A DNA stretch of 64,000 nucleotides from Bacillota bacterium (GTDB lineage Bacteria; Bacillota; Sulfobacillia; RBS10-35; JAJYVN01). The notes below the pieces were generated by a model. That model saw only the letters and a program-made list of their open reading frames with translations. It was not told where the DNA came from and did not search any database. This document shows positions 8,567-17,171 of this stretch, in pieces. Every line of letters begins with the position of its first letter. Position 1 is the first letter of the stretch. The translations under genes were made by a program, and so were the position numbers. The stretch lies in the NCBI GenBank assembly GCA_021803205.1, contig JAJZMB010000162.1, forward strand, positions 20,718 through 84,717, in the 5' to 3' direction.

Positions 8567-9100
8567 ATGTCAGGGGCCCTGCCGGTGGAAGGCGAAGCGG
8601 GCGAAGCGGTTACCGAGCGAGGTCACAAGCATTCCTTCATCCTGCAGGTTGTGCAGCCCGGCCTGGCCGGACTGATGGACGGTTCCGTGTCGACCCTGGC
8701 GCCGCTCTTTGCGACCGCATTTGCGACGAACAATCCGCGGACCGCGTTCGTCGTCGGTCTGGCGGCGGCCATCGGTGCCGCGATCAGCATGGCCTTCGCC
8801 GAGGGGCTTTCCGACGACGGACAGCTCACGGGCCGCGGCTCGCCGATCGGGCGCGGCCTGATCATCGGCTTGATGACCTTCGTCGGGGGCATTGGCCATG
8901 CGCTGCCCTTCCTCATGCACACCATCCATGCGGCCCTGCTTCTGGCCTACGTCGTGGTGGGCGTCGAGCTCATCGCCATCGCGCTGATCCGCAACCGCTA
9001 CTTCGGGACCAAGATGTGGCTGTCCATGGTCCAGGTGGTCTGCGGCGGCGTCCTGGTCTTCGTGGCAGGCGTCTTGATCGGGAGCCGGCTGGGGGCGTAA
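8567..9100 (+). CDS. VIT1/CCC1-family (DUF125) iron/manganese transporter
   Basis: It is a hydrophobic 177-aa protein. The VIT-family features [25 protein letters not shown] and a C-terminal TM bundle are present. The RBS is gaggaaggggga. Confidence 0.65.
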   Translation: MSGALPVEGEAGEAVTERGHKHSFILQVVQPGLAGLMDGSVSTLAPLFATAFATNNPRTAFVVGLAAAIGAAISMAFAEGLSDDGQLTGRGSPIGRGLIIGLMTFVGGIGHALPFLMHTIHAALLLAYVVVGVELIAIALIRNRYFGTKMWLSMVQVVCGGVLVFVAGVLIGSRLGA

Positions 9101-9198
9101 GGAGTCGTCCCGTCATCTCTCCGGTAAAGGGTGGAGACCGGCCCCCGGTTGTTTCCGCCGGCCAGGCCCCCTGGGCTTGAACTTCTTCCGGATGTCGG

Positions 9199-9249
9199 CC
9201 CGGTACGCCGGGTGGCGGCAGTCTGTGCTGCCGCCACCCGGCGTACCGG
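9199..9249 (+). terminator. perfect 22 bp stem hairpin (candidate terminator or RNA element downstream of the VIT1 gene)
   Basis: ccggtacgccgggtggcggcag-tctgtg-ctgccgccacccggcgtaccgg. The stem is perfect and there is no U-tract. Confidence 0.4.
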
Positions 9250-9477
9250 TGGATGGTTCTGCGCAGGCGGGGTGCACCCGGCGGGCCCCAGCGCCTTGAC
9301 GGGCGCCCGCGGCTTCTTACGATGGGGAGGCGGGGCTGGACGGCGCGGGGGGAGTGCGGGCAGGGCGGATTCTTGCGCCGTGGGCGATCAGGCATATCCG
9401 GGCGAGCGGGGGGCGGGAGAACCCTTGGCCGCGGCGCGGGGGGTCTTCGCTGCGCGCCTGGCGGTGGGGGACTGGCT

Positions 9478-9870
9478 GTGATTGTGGGTACCGGGTGCGA
9501 CCTGGCACCGGTGGATAGACTGAGGACCGCGTGCATTCGTCACCCGGCTCTGCTTCCCCGCCTGTTCTCAGCGCAGGAGCGGGCGCGGGCGGAGGTGAGG
9601 GGTGCATTCCGTTGGGAGCGCCTGGCGGGTGTGTTCGCTGCCAAGGAGGCGGCTCTCAAGGCTCTTGGTGTGGGCATGCGCGTGGCCTTCACGGACATCG
9701 AGGTGGGGCACGATCCGTCCGGGCGGCCGCTGCTACGGTTGACGGGTGAGGCCCGCGAAGTGGCCGCCCGCCTGGGTGCTGCTCACCTGCATCTCTCCAT
9801 CTCCCATTCCGGTGGGTTTGCTATGGCCACTGTTGTTGCCGAGGGCGGAGGCGAGCAGGGGGGGGCGTAG
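9478..9870 (+). CDS. acpS: holo-[acyl-carrier-protein] synthase
   Basis: GTG start giving (M)IVGTGCDLAPVDR, the classic AcpS N-terminus. FAAKEAALKALG is present. Confidence 0.7.
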   Translation: MIVGTGCDLAPVDRLRTACIRHPALLPRLFSAQERARAEVRGAFRWERLAGVFAAKEAALKALGVGMRVAFTDIEVGHDPSGRPLLRLTGEAREVAARLGAAHLHLSISHSGGFAMATVVAEGGGEQGGA

Positions 9871-9871
9871 C

Positions 9872-11419
9872 ATGCGGCTTCTGGGTGTGTCTGCCATGAG
9901 AGAACTCGACCGCCGCGCGGTCGAGGAGCACGGGTTGTCCGTCAGCGCACTGATGGAGGTGGCCGGGGCGGCCTTGGCCCGCGAAGCGGCAGAGCTGCGC
10001 CGCGGCGCCGGTCTCAGCGGCCCGGCGGTCCTGCTCTGCGGCGGGGGCAACAACGGCGGCGACGGTCTGGTGGCGGCGCGCCACCTTGTGGCTGCGGGTA
10101 TACCGGCGCAGGTGCTGCTCTGGGCGGATCCCGCCCGCACGGGTCCGGTGCCGCAGGCCAATCTGCGATTGCTCGGCCCCGCTCGCGTTCCGGTGATCGA
10201 ACACCTCAGCCCGGCGGATGCCGGGCGCATCTGCCGCGAGGCGGGGGTCATTGTGGATTGCCTTTTGGGCACCGGATTCCGGGGAACCGTGCGGGCCCCG
10301 CTGCCGGACATCATTGCCGCGGCTAACGGCGCGGGCGCACCGGTGCTGGCGGCGGACATTCCTTCGGGTTTGTCGGGCGAACTGGGCTTACCGCCCGACG
10401 GCCCGTGCATCCGAGCCCGGCGCACGCTCTGCTTCGGTGCGGTGAAGGCAGGGTTGTTTTGCGAGCCCGGGCGGGGATACGCCGGTGAAGTGCGCCTGGA
10501 AGCGCTGGGCATCCCCGAGGCCGCATGGGCAGGCCTTGATGTCGTTCGCGGGCTGGCCGCTTCGGGGGTGGCCTCGCTCCTGCCGGTGCGCCGCGGTGCA
10601 GGACACAAGGGCACCTACGGTACCGTGCTGGCGCTGGCGGGTGCGGCGGGCTTTACCGGAGCGGCCGCCATGTGTGCGGTTGCGGCCCTCCGGGCCGGTG
10701 CCGGACTCTGCCAGGTGGCGTGCCCGGCAGCGGTGGCCGACGTGGTGGCGGCGAAGGTGACCGAGGCCACCATCCGTCCCTTGCCGGGAGATGCGCAGGG
10801 CGGGCTGGCGGAGTCCGCCGCCGATCGCCTGCCCGCCCTGGTGGGGGGCGCGGAGTCGGTGGTGGCTGGGCCGGGTCTGGGCCGCGGACCGGGTGTGCGG
10901 GCCGTCGTGACCCGGCTCCTCCAGATCTATGGCGGGCCGGTGGTGCTGGACGCCGACGCCCTGAACGCAGTGGAACTGCAAACCATTCGCGAGGCCGCCG
11001 GCCGTGTGATCCTCACGCCTCATCCCGGCGAGGCCGGGCGTCTGCTGCGCTGCTCCACGGGCGAGGTTCAGGCGGACCGGCAGGCCGCGGTGCGGCGGCT
11101 GGCCGTTGAGGGTCGCTGTGTCGCCGTGCTCAAGGGAGCCGGCACGCTGATCGCCGCCGCTGACGGGCCGATCTGGTGCAACCCCACCGGCAACGACGGC
11201 ATGGGCACGGGTGGGAGCGGTGACGTGCTGGCGGGATTGATAGCGGGGCTCTGTGCCGAGGGCGCGGAACCGCAGGCAGCAGCTACGGCGGGCGTATACA
11301 TCCACGGGCTGGCCGGCGACCTGGCCGCAGAGGAACTCGGGCGTAGGGCGATGCTCGCCGGGGACATCCTCCGCCACTTCTCAGGGGCATTCCGTATGCT
11401 ACTCGGGGCTGGGGCATAG
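9872..11419 (+). CDS. nnr: bifunctional NAD(P)H-hydrate epimerase / ADP-dependent dehydratase
   Basis: The N-terminal YjeF_N domain (LLCGGGNNGGDGLVAARHL) is present. The C-terminal carbohydrate-kinase-like domain (GHKGTYGTVLALAG ... GGSGDVLAG) is present. The ATG at 9872 is 1 nt after the acpS stop. Confidence 0.8.
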   Translation: MRLLGVSAMRELDRRAVEEHGLSVSALMEVAGAALAREAAELRRGAGLSGPAVLLCGGGNNGGDGLVAARHLVAAGIPAQVLLWADPARTGPVPQANLRLLGPARVPVIEHLSPADAGRICREAGVIVDCLLGTGFRGTVRAPLPDIIAAANGAGAPVLAADIPSGLSGELGLPPDGPCIRARRTLCFGAVKAGLFCEPGRGYAGEVRLEALGIPEAAWAGLDVVRGLAASGVASLLPVRRGAGHKGTYGTVLALAGAAGFTGAAAMCAVAALRAGAGLCQVACPAAVADVVAAKVTEATIRPLPGDAQGGLAESAADRLPALVGGAESVVAGPGLGRGPGVRAVVTRLLQIYGGPVVLDADALNAVELQTIREAAGRVILTPHPGEAGRLLRCSTGEVQADRQAAVRRLAVEGRCVAVLKGAGTLIAAADGPIWCNPTGNDGMGTGGSGDVLAGLIAGLCAEGAEPQAAATAGVYIHGLAGDLAAEELGRRAMLAGDILRHFSGAFRMLLGAGA

Positions 11420-11719
11420 GCGCGGGCGCGGATGCCGCCGTCCGTCCGACACCGGATGGCTGCGGCTGGCGGGGCCCGCCAAGTGCGGTGAGGTGTCTCG
11501 GGCGCGTGGGGCGGACGCCTCCTTCACCGGTGGGCGGGAAGCGCCGGCGGTTGGAGCCGGACCACCCCACGGTCCTCGTCAACCCAGACTTCCACGCCTG
11601 CCGCCCCGCCCTGCCGCACCGAGAACAGAAACGTGCCGGTGGTGTGCTGCCCGTCCTGGGCGGATACAGTACCCGCACTCCGGAGCCCGGGGATCCGGGG
11701 TGGTCGCTCCAGTCACCCT

Positions 11720-11888
11720 TAGTACTGTCCTCCGCACGGGCAGCAGGTGGCGCCGGCGACGGCCAAGAACATCTGATCATAGGCCGGTGAGGCGGCCCCA
11801 AAGGGTGTGAACGGACGGGCAGGCCCGATTCGCCGCTTCATGAGTCCCCACCTCGGCCCAGGCCTTGCCAGTGCGGAGGACAGTATTG
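11720..11888 (-). repeat. MITE-like repeat element, copy 2 (inverted orientation)
   Basis: It is the reverse complement of the 2608-2794 element: agtactgtcctccgcacgggcag ... ttgccagtgcggaggacagtattggg, with the same conserved core. Confidence 0.8.
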
Positions 11889-12132
11889 GGAGATGAGCCG
11901 GCAATGAAGAGTCGCGGCTCCAGGGCGGCGGCGCAGCAACGGGCAGCTGGAGTTTGCCTGGGCGGTACTGCCGGAGCCCAGGGACCCAGCAAAGTCGTCC
12001 AGTGGGCCAAGCGGCGGGGGGCCCGGACGGTCGTGACCCACAAGCGCTGGTGGTGAGCACCCGCCCTGACGTGACTTTGCCGGGACCCTGTGTCGGAGCC
12101 CACCAGGGCTTTTCTTTTTCCGCCAAATCGGG

Positions 12133-12220
12133 TACGTCTAGGACGGCGATACAAAAGTCGGTCTCCACAGCGGCCGTGAACCGTGGACCCTTGGGGGACA
12201 AGGGATTCGGAGCAGTGGCC
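12133..12220 (+). repeat. conserved approximately 90 nt intergenic motif, copy B (immediately 5' of the DUF929-VKOR operon)
   Basis: agtcggtctccacagcggccgtgaaccgtggacccttgggggacaagggattcggagcagtggcc is about 80% identical to 19967-20031. The upstream 25 nt are also related. It is followed by the small hairpin gcaaaag-cgga-cttttgc. Confidence 0.6.
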
Positions 12221-12283
12221 TCGCAAAAGCGGACTTTTGCGTGCGGCGAACTCGCCGTGATCGTCTTATCAGGGGGAATTTCG

Positions 12284-13204
12284 GTGCCGCAGAAACCAAA
12301 ATACGCCGCGCGCCGTGGCGGTGCCGGTTACCGAGCGGCTCAGCGACGCGGCTCGAACAACACAGTGTGGTGGATGTTTGGGGCGGTGGCGCTCGCGATC
12401 CTGGTTCTGGTCGTGGTGCGGCTGCTGGTCCCGAGCGGAGGCCCCGGTTCCTCCCAGGACGGCAAGCCGGTGGCCGCTGACGTCCTGATGAACCTGACCA
12501 GCGTGCCGTTATCGGCCTTCGATAGCGTGGGCATCGGTCCCGCCAAGGGCAGCGGGAAGGTCATCACACCCGCCGGTGGAACAACGACGCTTTGGAAGGA
12601 CTCCACCGGCAAGCCGGTTGTCATGTACGTCGGCGCCGAATACTGTCCGTATTGCGCAGCCACGCGCTGGGCACTCGTGACCGGGCTGTCGCGCTTCGGC
12701 ACGTTCAAGGGGTTGGAGTACATGACGTCCAGTCCGACCGACGTGTATCCGGACACGCCGACCTTCACCTTCGTCCATGCGACCTACAGCAGTCCCTACG
12801 TGGACTTCCAGCCCGTCGAGGAGCAGGGGGAGATCATCGGACAGCCTCTGCAGAGCCTGAACGCCCAGCAATCCGCCTACCGGGCCAAGTACGAAGCCGC
12901 GCCGTATTTCCCCGGTGCCGTCCCGGGTCAATACGATTATCCCTTTGTCGACGTCGCCAACCGCTACCTGTGGGAGGGGGCGTTCTATAGTCCGTCGGTC
13001 CTGGCGGGTCAGCTCTGGCCAGCCATTTCCCAGGCCGTGCACGCCGGGAAGGCCCCGGTGGCGCAGAGCGTTCTCGGGGGCGCGAACGTCCTGTCGGCGG
13101 CGATCTGTGCGGTGGACGGCGGGCGGCCCGCCCCGGTCTGCCAGAGCAGCGGCGTCAAGGCCGCCGCGACAACGCTGCCGAAGGCGCAGGGCGCCGGGGC
13201 ATGA
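12284..13204 (+). CDS. DUF929-family extracytoplasmic thioredoxin-like protein, membrane-anchored
   Basis: GTG start with the RBS AGGGGGA. An N-terminal TM helix is present. The CxxC motif [12 protein letters not shown] is present. Confidence 0.6.
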   Translation: MPQKPKYAARRGGAGYRAAQRRGSNNTVWWMFGAVALAILVLVVVRLLVPSGGPGSSQDGKPVAADVLMNLTSVPLSAFDSVGIGPAKGSGKVITPAGGTTTLWKDSTGKPVVMYVGAEYCPYCAATRWALVTGLSRFGTFKGLEYMTSSPTDVYPDTPTFTFVHATYSSPYVDFQPVEEQGEIIGQPLQSLNAQQSAYRAKYEAAPYFPGAVPGQYDYPFVDVANRYLWEGAFYSPSVLAGQLWPAISQAVHAGKAPVAQSVLGGANVLSAAICAVDGGRPAPVCQSSGVKAAATTLPKAQGAGA

Positions 13205-13623
13205 CCACGGGTTGGACCCGGGCGCGGCTGATCCTCAGCGGGCTGGGGCTCCTGGTCTCGGCGTATCTGACGGCTGTCCACTACATCACGGCGGTGCCGC
13301 TGGCGTGTCCCTCCACCGGCATCATCGACTGTGCCCAGGTCCTGACCAGCCCGCAGTCGGTGGTGCTCGGCCTGCCCCTCGGTGTTTGGGGGATGGCGTG
13401 GTTTTTGGTGCTGGGTCTCCTGGCCGCCCGAGCCGGGCGTGCGGGCGCGACCGGCTCGGGCGCTGTGCTGGCCAGGCGGGTATGGGTGGCCCTGGGCGCA
13501 GTCGCCGTCGTCTACTTCATATATTTGGAGCTCCTGGTCATCGGGCGTATCTGCATCTGGTGCACGTCCGTCCACCTGATCGTCCTGGCATTATTCGCCA
13601 TGGAGGCATCCGGCGTGGAGTGA
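13201..13623 (+). CDS. vitamin K epoxide reductase (VKOR) family membrane protein
   Basis: It is a four-TM protein. The active-site CxxC ([10 protein letters not shown]) and the loop Cys pair ([13 protein letters not shown]) are present. It overlaps the DUF929 stop (ATGA). Confidence 0.65.
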   Translation: MTTGWTRARLILSGLGLLVSAYLTAVHYITAVPLACPSTGIIDCAQVLTSPQSVVLGLPLGVWGMAWFLVLGLLAARAGRAGATGSGAVLARRVWVALGAVAVVYFIYLELLVIGRICIWCTSVHLIVLALFAMEASGVE

Positions 13624-13856
13624 GGCCGGTCTTCCAGAGCCCGACCACACCGAGCCGCGCAAGTGCCGGTTCGGGTGCGCGCGGCTTGGTGCTGGGGCGA
13701 GTCGCCTGTGGTGGCGCCTGCGCTGGGTGGTGATCTGCGCCGCCGTGCTGATGGCGGGGTTGCATGCATGGGTGGGTACGGCAGTGTTCTCCGCGCCCGG
13801 GTGGGATATTCGACTCTCCGTCCGGTGGCAGCGTCCGGACTGTGGGCGGGTGAGCG

Positions 13857-15041
13857 GTGTCGGGGGCGTTTCGGCTTATGGTGGGCGGGAACTTCGGGAG
13901 GAATCGGCCGGTGCGGGCCACTTGGGCAGAAGTTGACCTTGGTCGCCTGCGGCACAATGTGCGAGCGCTTCGCGGATGTCTTGCGTCGGGCGCCGGCCTG
14001 ATGGCGGTGGTGAAGGCCGACGGTTACGGGCACGGTGCCCTGTCCGCGGCCCGCGCCGCGCTGGAAGCCGGGGCGGCGGCGCTCGGGGTGGCGTTGCTTG
14101 AGGAGGGACAAGCCCTCCGCCGTGCCGGCGTGACCGCGCGCATCCTGGTCATGGGCTGGACACCTGCCGCACGGGCCGCGGATGTGGTGGAGGCCGACCT
14201 GGACCAGGCGGTCTTTGACACCGACGATGCCCGGGCCTTCGCTGCGGCCGCGCGTGTCGCGCGACGGAAGGTGCGGCTGCACGCCAAGGTCGATACGGGC
14301 ATGGGGCGCCTGGGCTGGTCGGCGCGGGAGCCTGCGTCGCAGGCGGCGGCGGTGGATGCCGTCACGAACGTGGCCCGCTTGGATGGCGTGGAATTAGCGG
14401 GGATTTTCACCCACTTCGCGGGGGCGGACGAACCGATCCTGGACGGGGCACGGCGCCAACTGGCCGCATTTCGGGCGGTGCTGCAGGGCCTTGAGGCGGC
14501 AGGGGTCCAGCCGGGATGGCGACACTGCGCGAACACCGCCGCCATCCTGCGGCTCCCCGAGGCGCACTTCGACCTGTGTCGCGCCGGGATCGGCATGTAC
14601 GGTTACGTGCCTTCGCTCCATGTCCCCGACCCGGGACTGGCGCCCGTCCTCTCCTGGTACACGCGCGTGGCCCAGGTCAGGGAACTGGCCCCCGGAGACG
14701 CGGTGAGCTACAACGGCACCTATGTCGCCCAGTCACGAGAACGTGTGGCCACCCTCCCCGTCGGTTACGCGGACGGTTTCCCGCGGGCCCTGACCAACCG
14801 TGGGCAGGTCCTCGTCGGGGGCCACCCGGCGCCGCTGCGCGGCCGGGTCTGCATGGATCAGGTCATCGTATCGCTCCAGGGGGAGGGTGTCGTCCGGCAA
14901 GGCGACCCGGTGGTGATTCTCGGAGAGCAGGGTGGCCGGGCGCAGTGGGCGGCGGATGTGGCCGATCGGGTGGGCACCATCAGTTACGACATCCTCTGCG
15001 GCATCAGCCCGCGGGTGCCGCGGGTGTACCGTGGGGCGTGA
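13857..15041 (+). CDS. alr: alanine racemase
   Basis: The PLP lysine region AVVKADGYGHG is present. The C-terminal YxxGxxxxG / CMDQ motifs are present. Confidence 0.8.
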   Translation: MSGAFRLMVGGNFGRNRPVRATWAEVDLGRLRHNVRALRGCLASGAGLMAVVKADGYGHGALSAARAALEAGAAALGVALLEEGQALRRAGVTARILVMGWTPAARAADVVEADLDQAVFDTDDARAFAAAARVARRKVRLHAKVDTGMGRLGWSAREPASQAAAVDAVTNVARLDGVELAGIFTHFAGADEPILDGARRQLAAFRAVLQGLEAAGVQPGWRHCANTAAILRLPEAHFDLCRAGIGMYGYVPSLHVPDPGLAPVLSWYTRVAQVRELAPGDAVSYNGTYVAQSRERVATLPVGYADGFPRALTNRGQVLVGGHPAPLRGRVCMDQVIVSLQGEGVVRQGDPVVILGEQGGRAQWAADVADRVGTISYDILCGISPRVPRVYRGA

Positions 15042-15201
15042 GGCCGCGGCACCCGCGGCACCCGCGGCATTGTGGGCATCCCCCCCGGCATAGCCTCGCC
15101 CAGGGGGATGCCGTATGTCGCGCCTGCGATTGGCCGAGAGCCTCTCGACCCGCCTGATCCACGCCTGGGGGCCTCCGGCTCCGGAACCGAGCCCGGCGCC
15201 G

Positions 15202-15399
15202 TTATTGCCGGAAGCACTCTGCAAAGGTCTGCGTCACGCCGGTCTGGGCATCCCCGCGTATCTCTTTCTCGAACTCCAGCGTCCGCTGCTCTTCGTCTAC
15301 GGGCAGCTGCTCCGGGTCGGCGGAGCAGTGTTCCCCGGCGCTGCCGGTCTCGCCGCACTGCTGGAGGAGGCGGAACGACTGCAGGCCCTGCTGGTACAT
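15202..15399 (-). CDS. small hypothetical protein (65 aa, two Cys, acidic)
   Basis: GC3 is about 85% on the minus strand, versus a poor plus-strand alternative. There is no recognisable family. Confidence 0.3.
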   Translation of the reverse strand: MYQQGLQSFRLLQQCGETGSAGEHCSADPEQLPVDEEQRTLEFEKEIRGDAQTGVTQTFAECFRQ

Positions 15400-15422
15400 C
15401 CGATATCGCCCGTTGATCTGCC

Positions 15423-17171
15423 ATGAAGCCGTTTTTGATCACCGATTGCGGAAGCACCACGACCAAGGCACTGCTGATCGGAGGAGACCGGCCGCAGGAG
15501 GCGCACTTGGTCGCCTCGGGAGAGGCGCCGACGACGGTGGAGGCACCTTATGCCGACGTCACGGTCGGCGTACTGGCAGCCATCGCCGCGCTCGAGGAGG
15601 CCTGCGGTCTCCACCTGCGCGTACCGGCCGGAACCCGTCCCGATGCGGCTGCGGCGGACTACCTGTCGACATCCAGTGCCGGCGGCGGGCTGCAGATGTT
15701 GGTGGCAGGCGTTGTCGGGCGGTTTTCCGCCGCCAGCGCCGAACGCGCGGCCCTGGCGGCCGGGGCGATTGTGCAGCGTACCTTCAGCGTGGAGGACGGT
15801 CTGGACGCGCATGAGCGCATCGCCGAACTGCGCCGGCTCCGCCCGGACATGGCCCTTCTGGCCGGTGGGACCGACGGTGGCGGCGTGACTCACGTGGCGG
15901 AGATGGCCGAACTCCTGCGCGCAGCCGCACCGGAGCAGCGATTCGGCGGCGGAATGAGGCTGCCGGTGGTCTTCGCGGGCAACACGGCCGCTCGACCGGC
16001 GGTGGTGTCCGTCCTGGGTGACCGATGCGACCTGCGCCTGGTGGACAACGTGCGGCCCGACCTGGAACGCGAGCGGCTCAATCCGGCGCGGGACGCCATC
16101 CACGAGCTGTTCATGGATCATGTCATGGCCCGCGCACCGGGATACGACCGTCTCTCCGCGTGGGTCGCCGCACCAGTGTTGCCCACCCCGGCCGCTGTGG
16201 GCGTCACTGTGAGGGCCGTCGCGGAGCGGCTCGGGCGCGACGTGCTGGCCGTGGACATCGGCGGGGCCACCACGGACGTCTTCAGCGTGACCTCCGGCCG
16301 CTACCATCGGTCGGTGGGTGCCAATTTCGGCATGAGTTACAGCGCCACCCAGGTGCTGCGCGAGGCGGGTGCGGGCGCCCTCGCCCGCTGGCTGCCGCTG
16401 CGCATGGGTGACCGAGAGATCTCCGATCGTATTGCCAACAAGATGGTCCGGCCCACCACAGTTCCGGCGACGCCCGTTGACCTGCTTCTGGAGCAGGCCC
16501 TGGCGCGCGAGGCCCTCCGCCTGGCGCTGGCGCACCACCGGCGGACATTACCGCCGGCCGCACCGCAGGCGGGTCGTCGACGTCTGGGGGATTCCCTCGC
16601 CGGACGCCGTGCTGGCGCTGAATGCCCGGTGGGAGGTTTGAGTGTATTCGGTCTGATCCTCGGCAGCGGGGGAGTGCTCTCCCATGCCCCCCGGCGTGCG
16701 CAGGCGGCAATGATGCTCCTGGACGCCTTCGAACCGGTCGGAGTGGTGCGGTTGGGCGTGGACAGCGTCTTCATGCTGCCGCACTTGGGGGTGCTACGCG
16801 GGCGCTGCGCCGAGGCGGCGGATGCCGCTTTCTGGCGTGACTGCCTCGTCCCGTTGGGGACTGCAGTCGCACCGGCCGGTTCAGCCTCGGCGCTGTCGAT
16901 CCTACTGCATCTCGCAGGCGGCACGCAGCGCCTGACGGTGCCCCGGGGCGGGCTGGTCCGAGTGCCGCTGGTCGCCGGGGAGGTGGTCCGTGCGGATCTG
17001 GCCCCAGGTCGTGGCGGGGATCTCGGCGCGGGTCCGGGCCGGCCGGTGCGGTCCGAACTGCACGGAGGAATGGTCGGTCTGTTGTTCGACTGCCGGGGCC
17101 GTCCCCTGCCTGCGCCGGAGCGGCCCGCCCAAATGGCCGCCTGGCTCGCGGCGGCCGGGGCGTGGCCATGA
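15423..17171 (+). CDS. GlmL/MutL-family (glutamate-mutase-accessory-like) ASKHA ATPase
   Basis: The N-terminus MKPFLITDCGSTTTKALLIGG is present. A second phosphate-binding loop VDIGGATTDVFSV is present. Confidence 0.6.
   Translation: MKPFLITDCGSTTTKALLIGGDRPQEAHLVASGEAPTTVEAPYADVTVGVLAAIAALEEACGLHLRVPAGTRPDAAAADYLSTSSAGGGLQMLVAGVVGRFSAASAERAALAAGAIVQRTFSVEDGLDAHERIAELRRLRPDMALLAGGTDGGGVTHVAEMAELLRAAAPEQRFGGGMRLPVVFAGNTAARPAVVSVLGDRCDLRLVDNVRPDLERERLNPARDAIHELFMDHVMARAPGYDRLSAWVAAPVLPTPAAVGVTVRAVAERLGRDVLAVDIGGATTDVFSVTSGRYHRSVGANFGMSYSATQVLREAGAGALARWLPLRMGDREISDRIANKMVRPTTVPATPVDLLLEQALAREALRLALAHHRRTLPPAAPQAGRRRLGDSLAGRRAGAECPVGGLSVFGLILGSGGVLSHAPRRAQAAMMLLDAFEPVGVVRLGVDSVFMLPHLGVLRGRCAEAADAAFWRDCLVPLGTAVAPAGSASALSILLHLAGGTQRLTVPRGGLVRVPLVAGEVVRADLAPGRGGDLGAGPGRPVRSELHGGMVGLLFDCRGRPLPAPERPAQMAAWLAAAGAWP

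Noticed and set aside
8224-9180. 318-aa plus-strand ORF and 8970-9536 minus-strand ORF
   Set aside because: They overlap the VIT1 gene in other frames or lie in the hairpin-containing gap. They show low-complexity Arg-rich translation.
15041-15115. ggcacccgc times 3 near-tandem repeat just after alr
   Set aside because: It is very short and imperfect and lies within the terminator region. It is likely a chance GC-rich reiteration.
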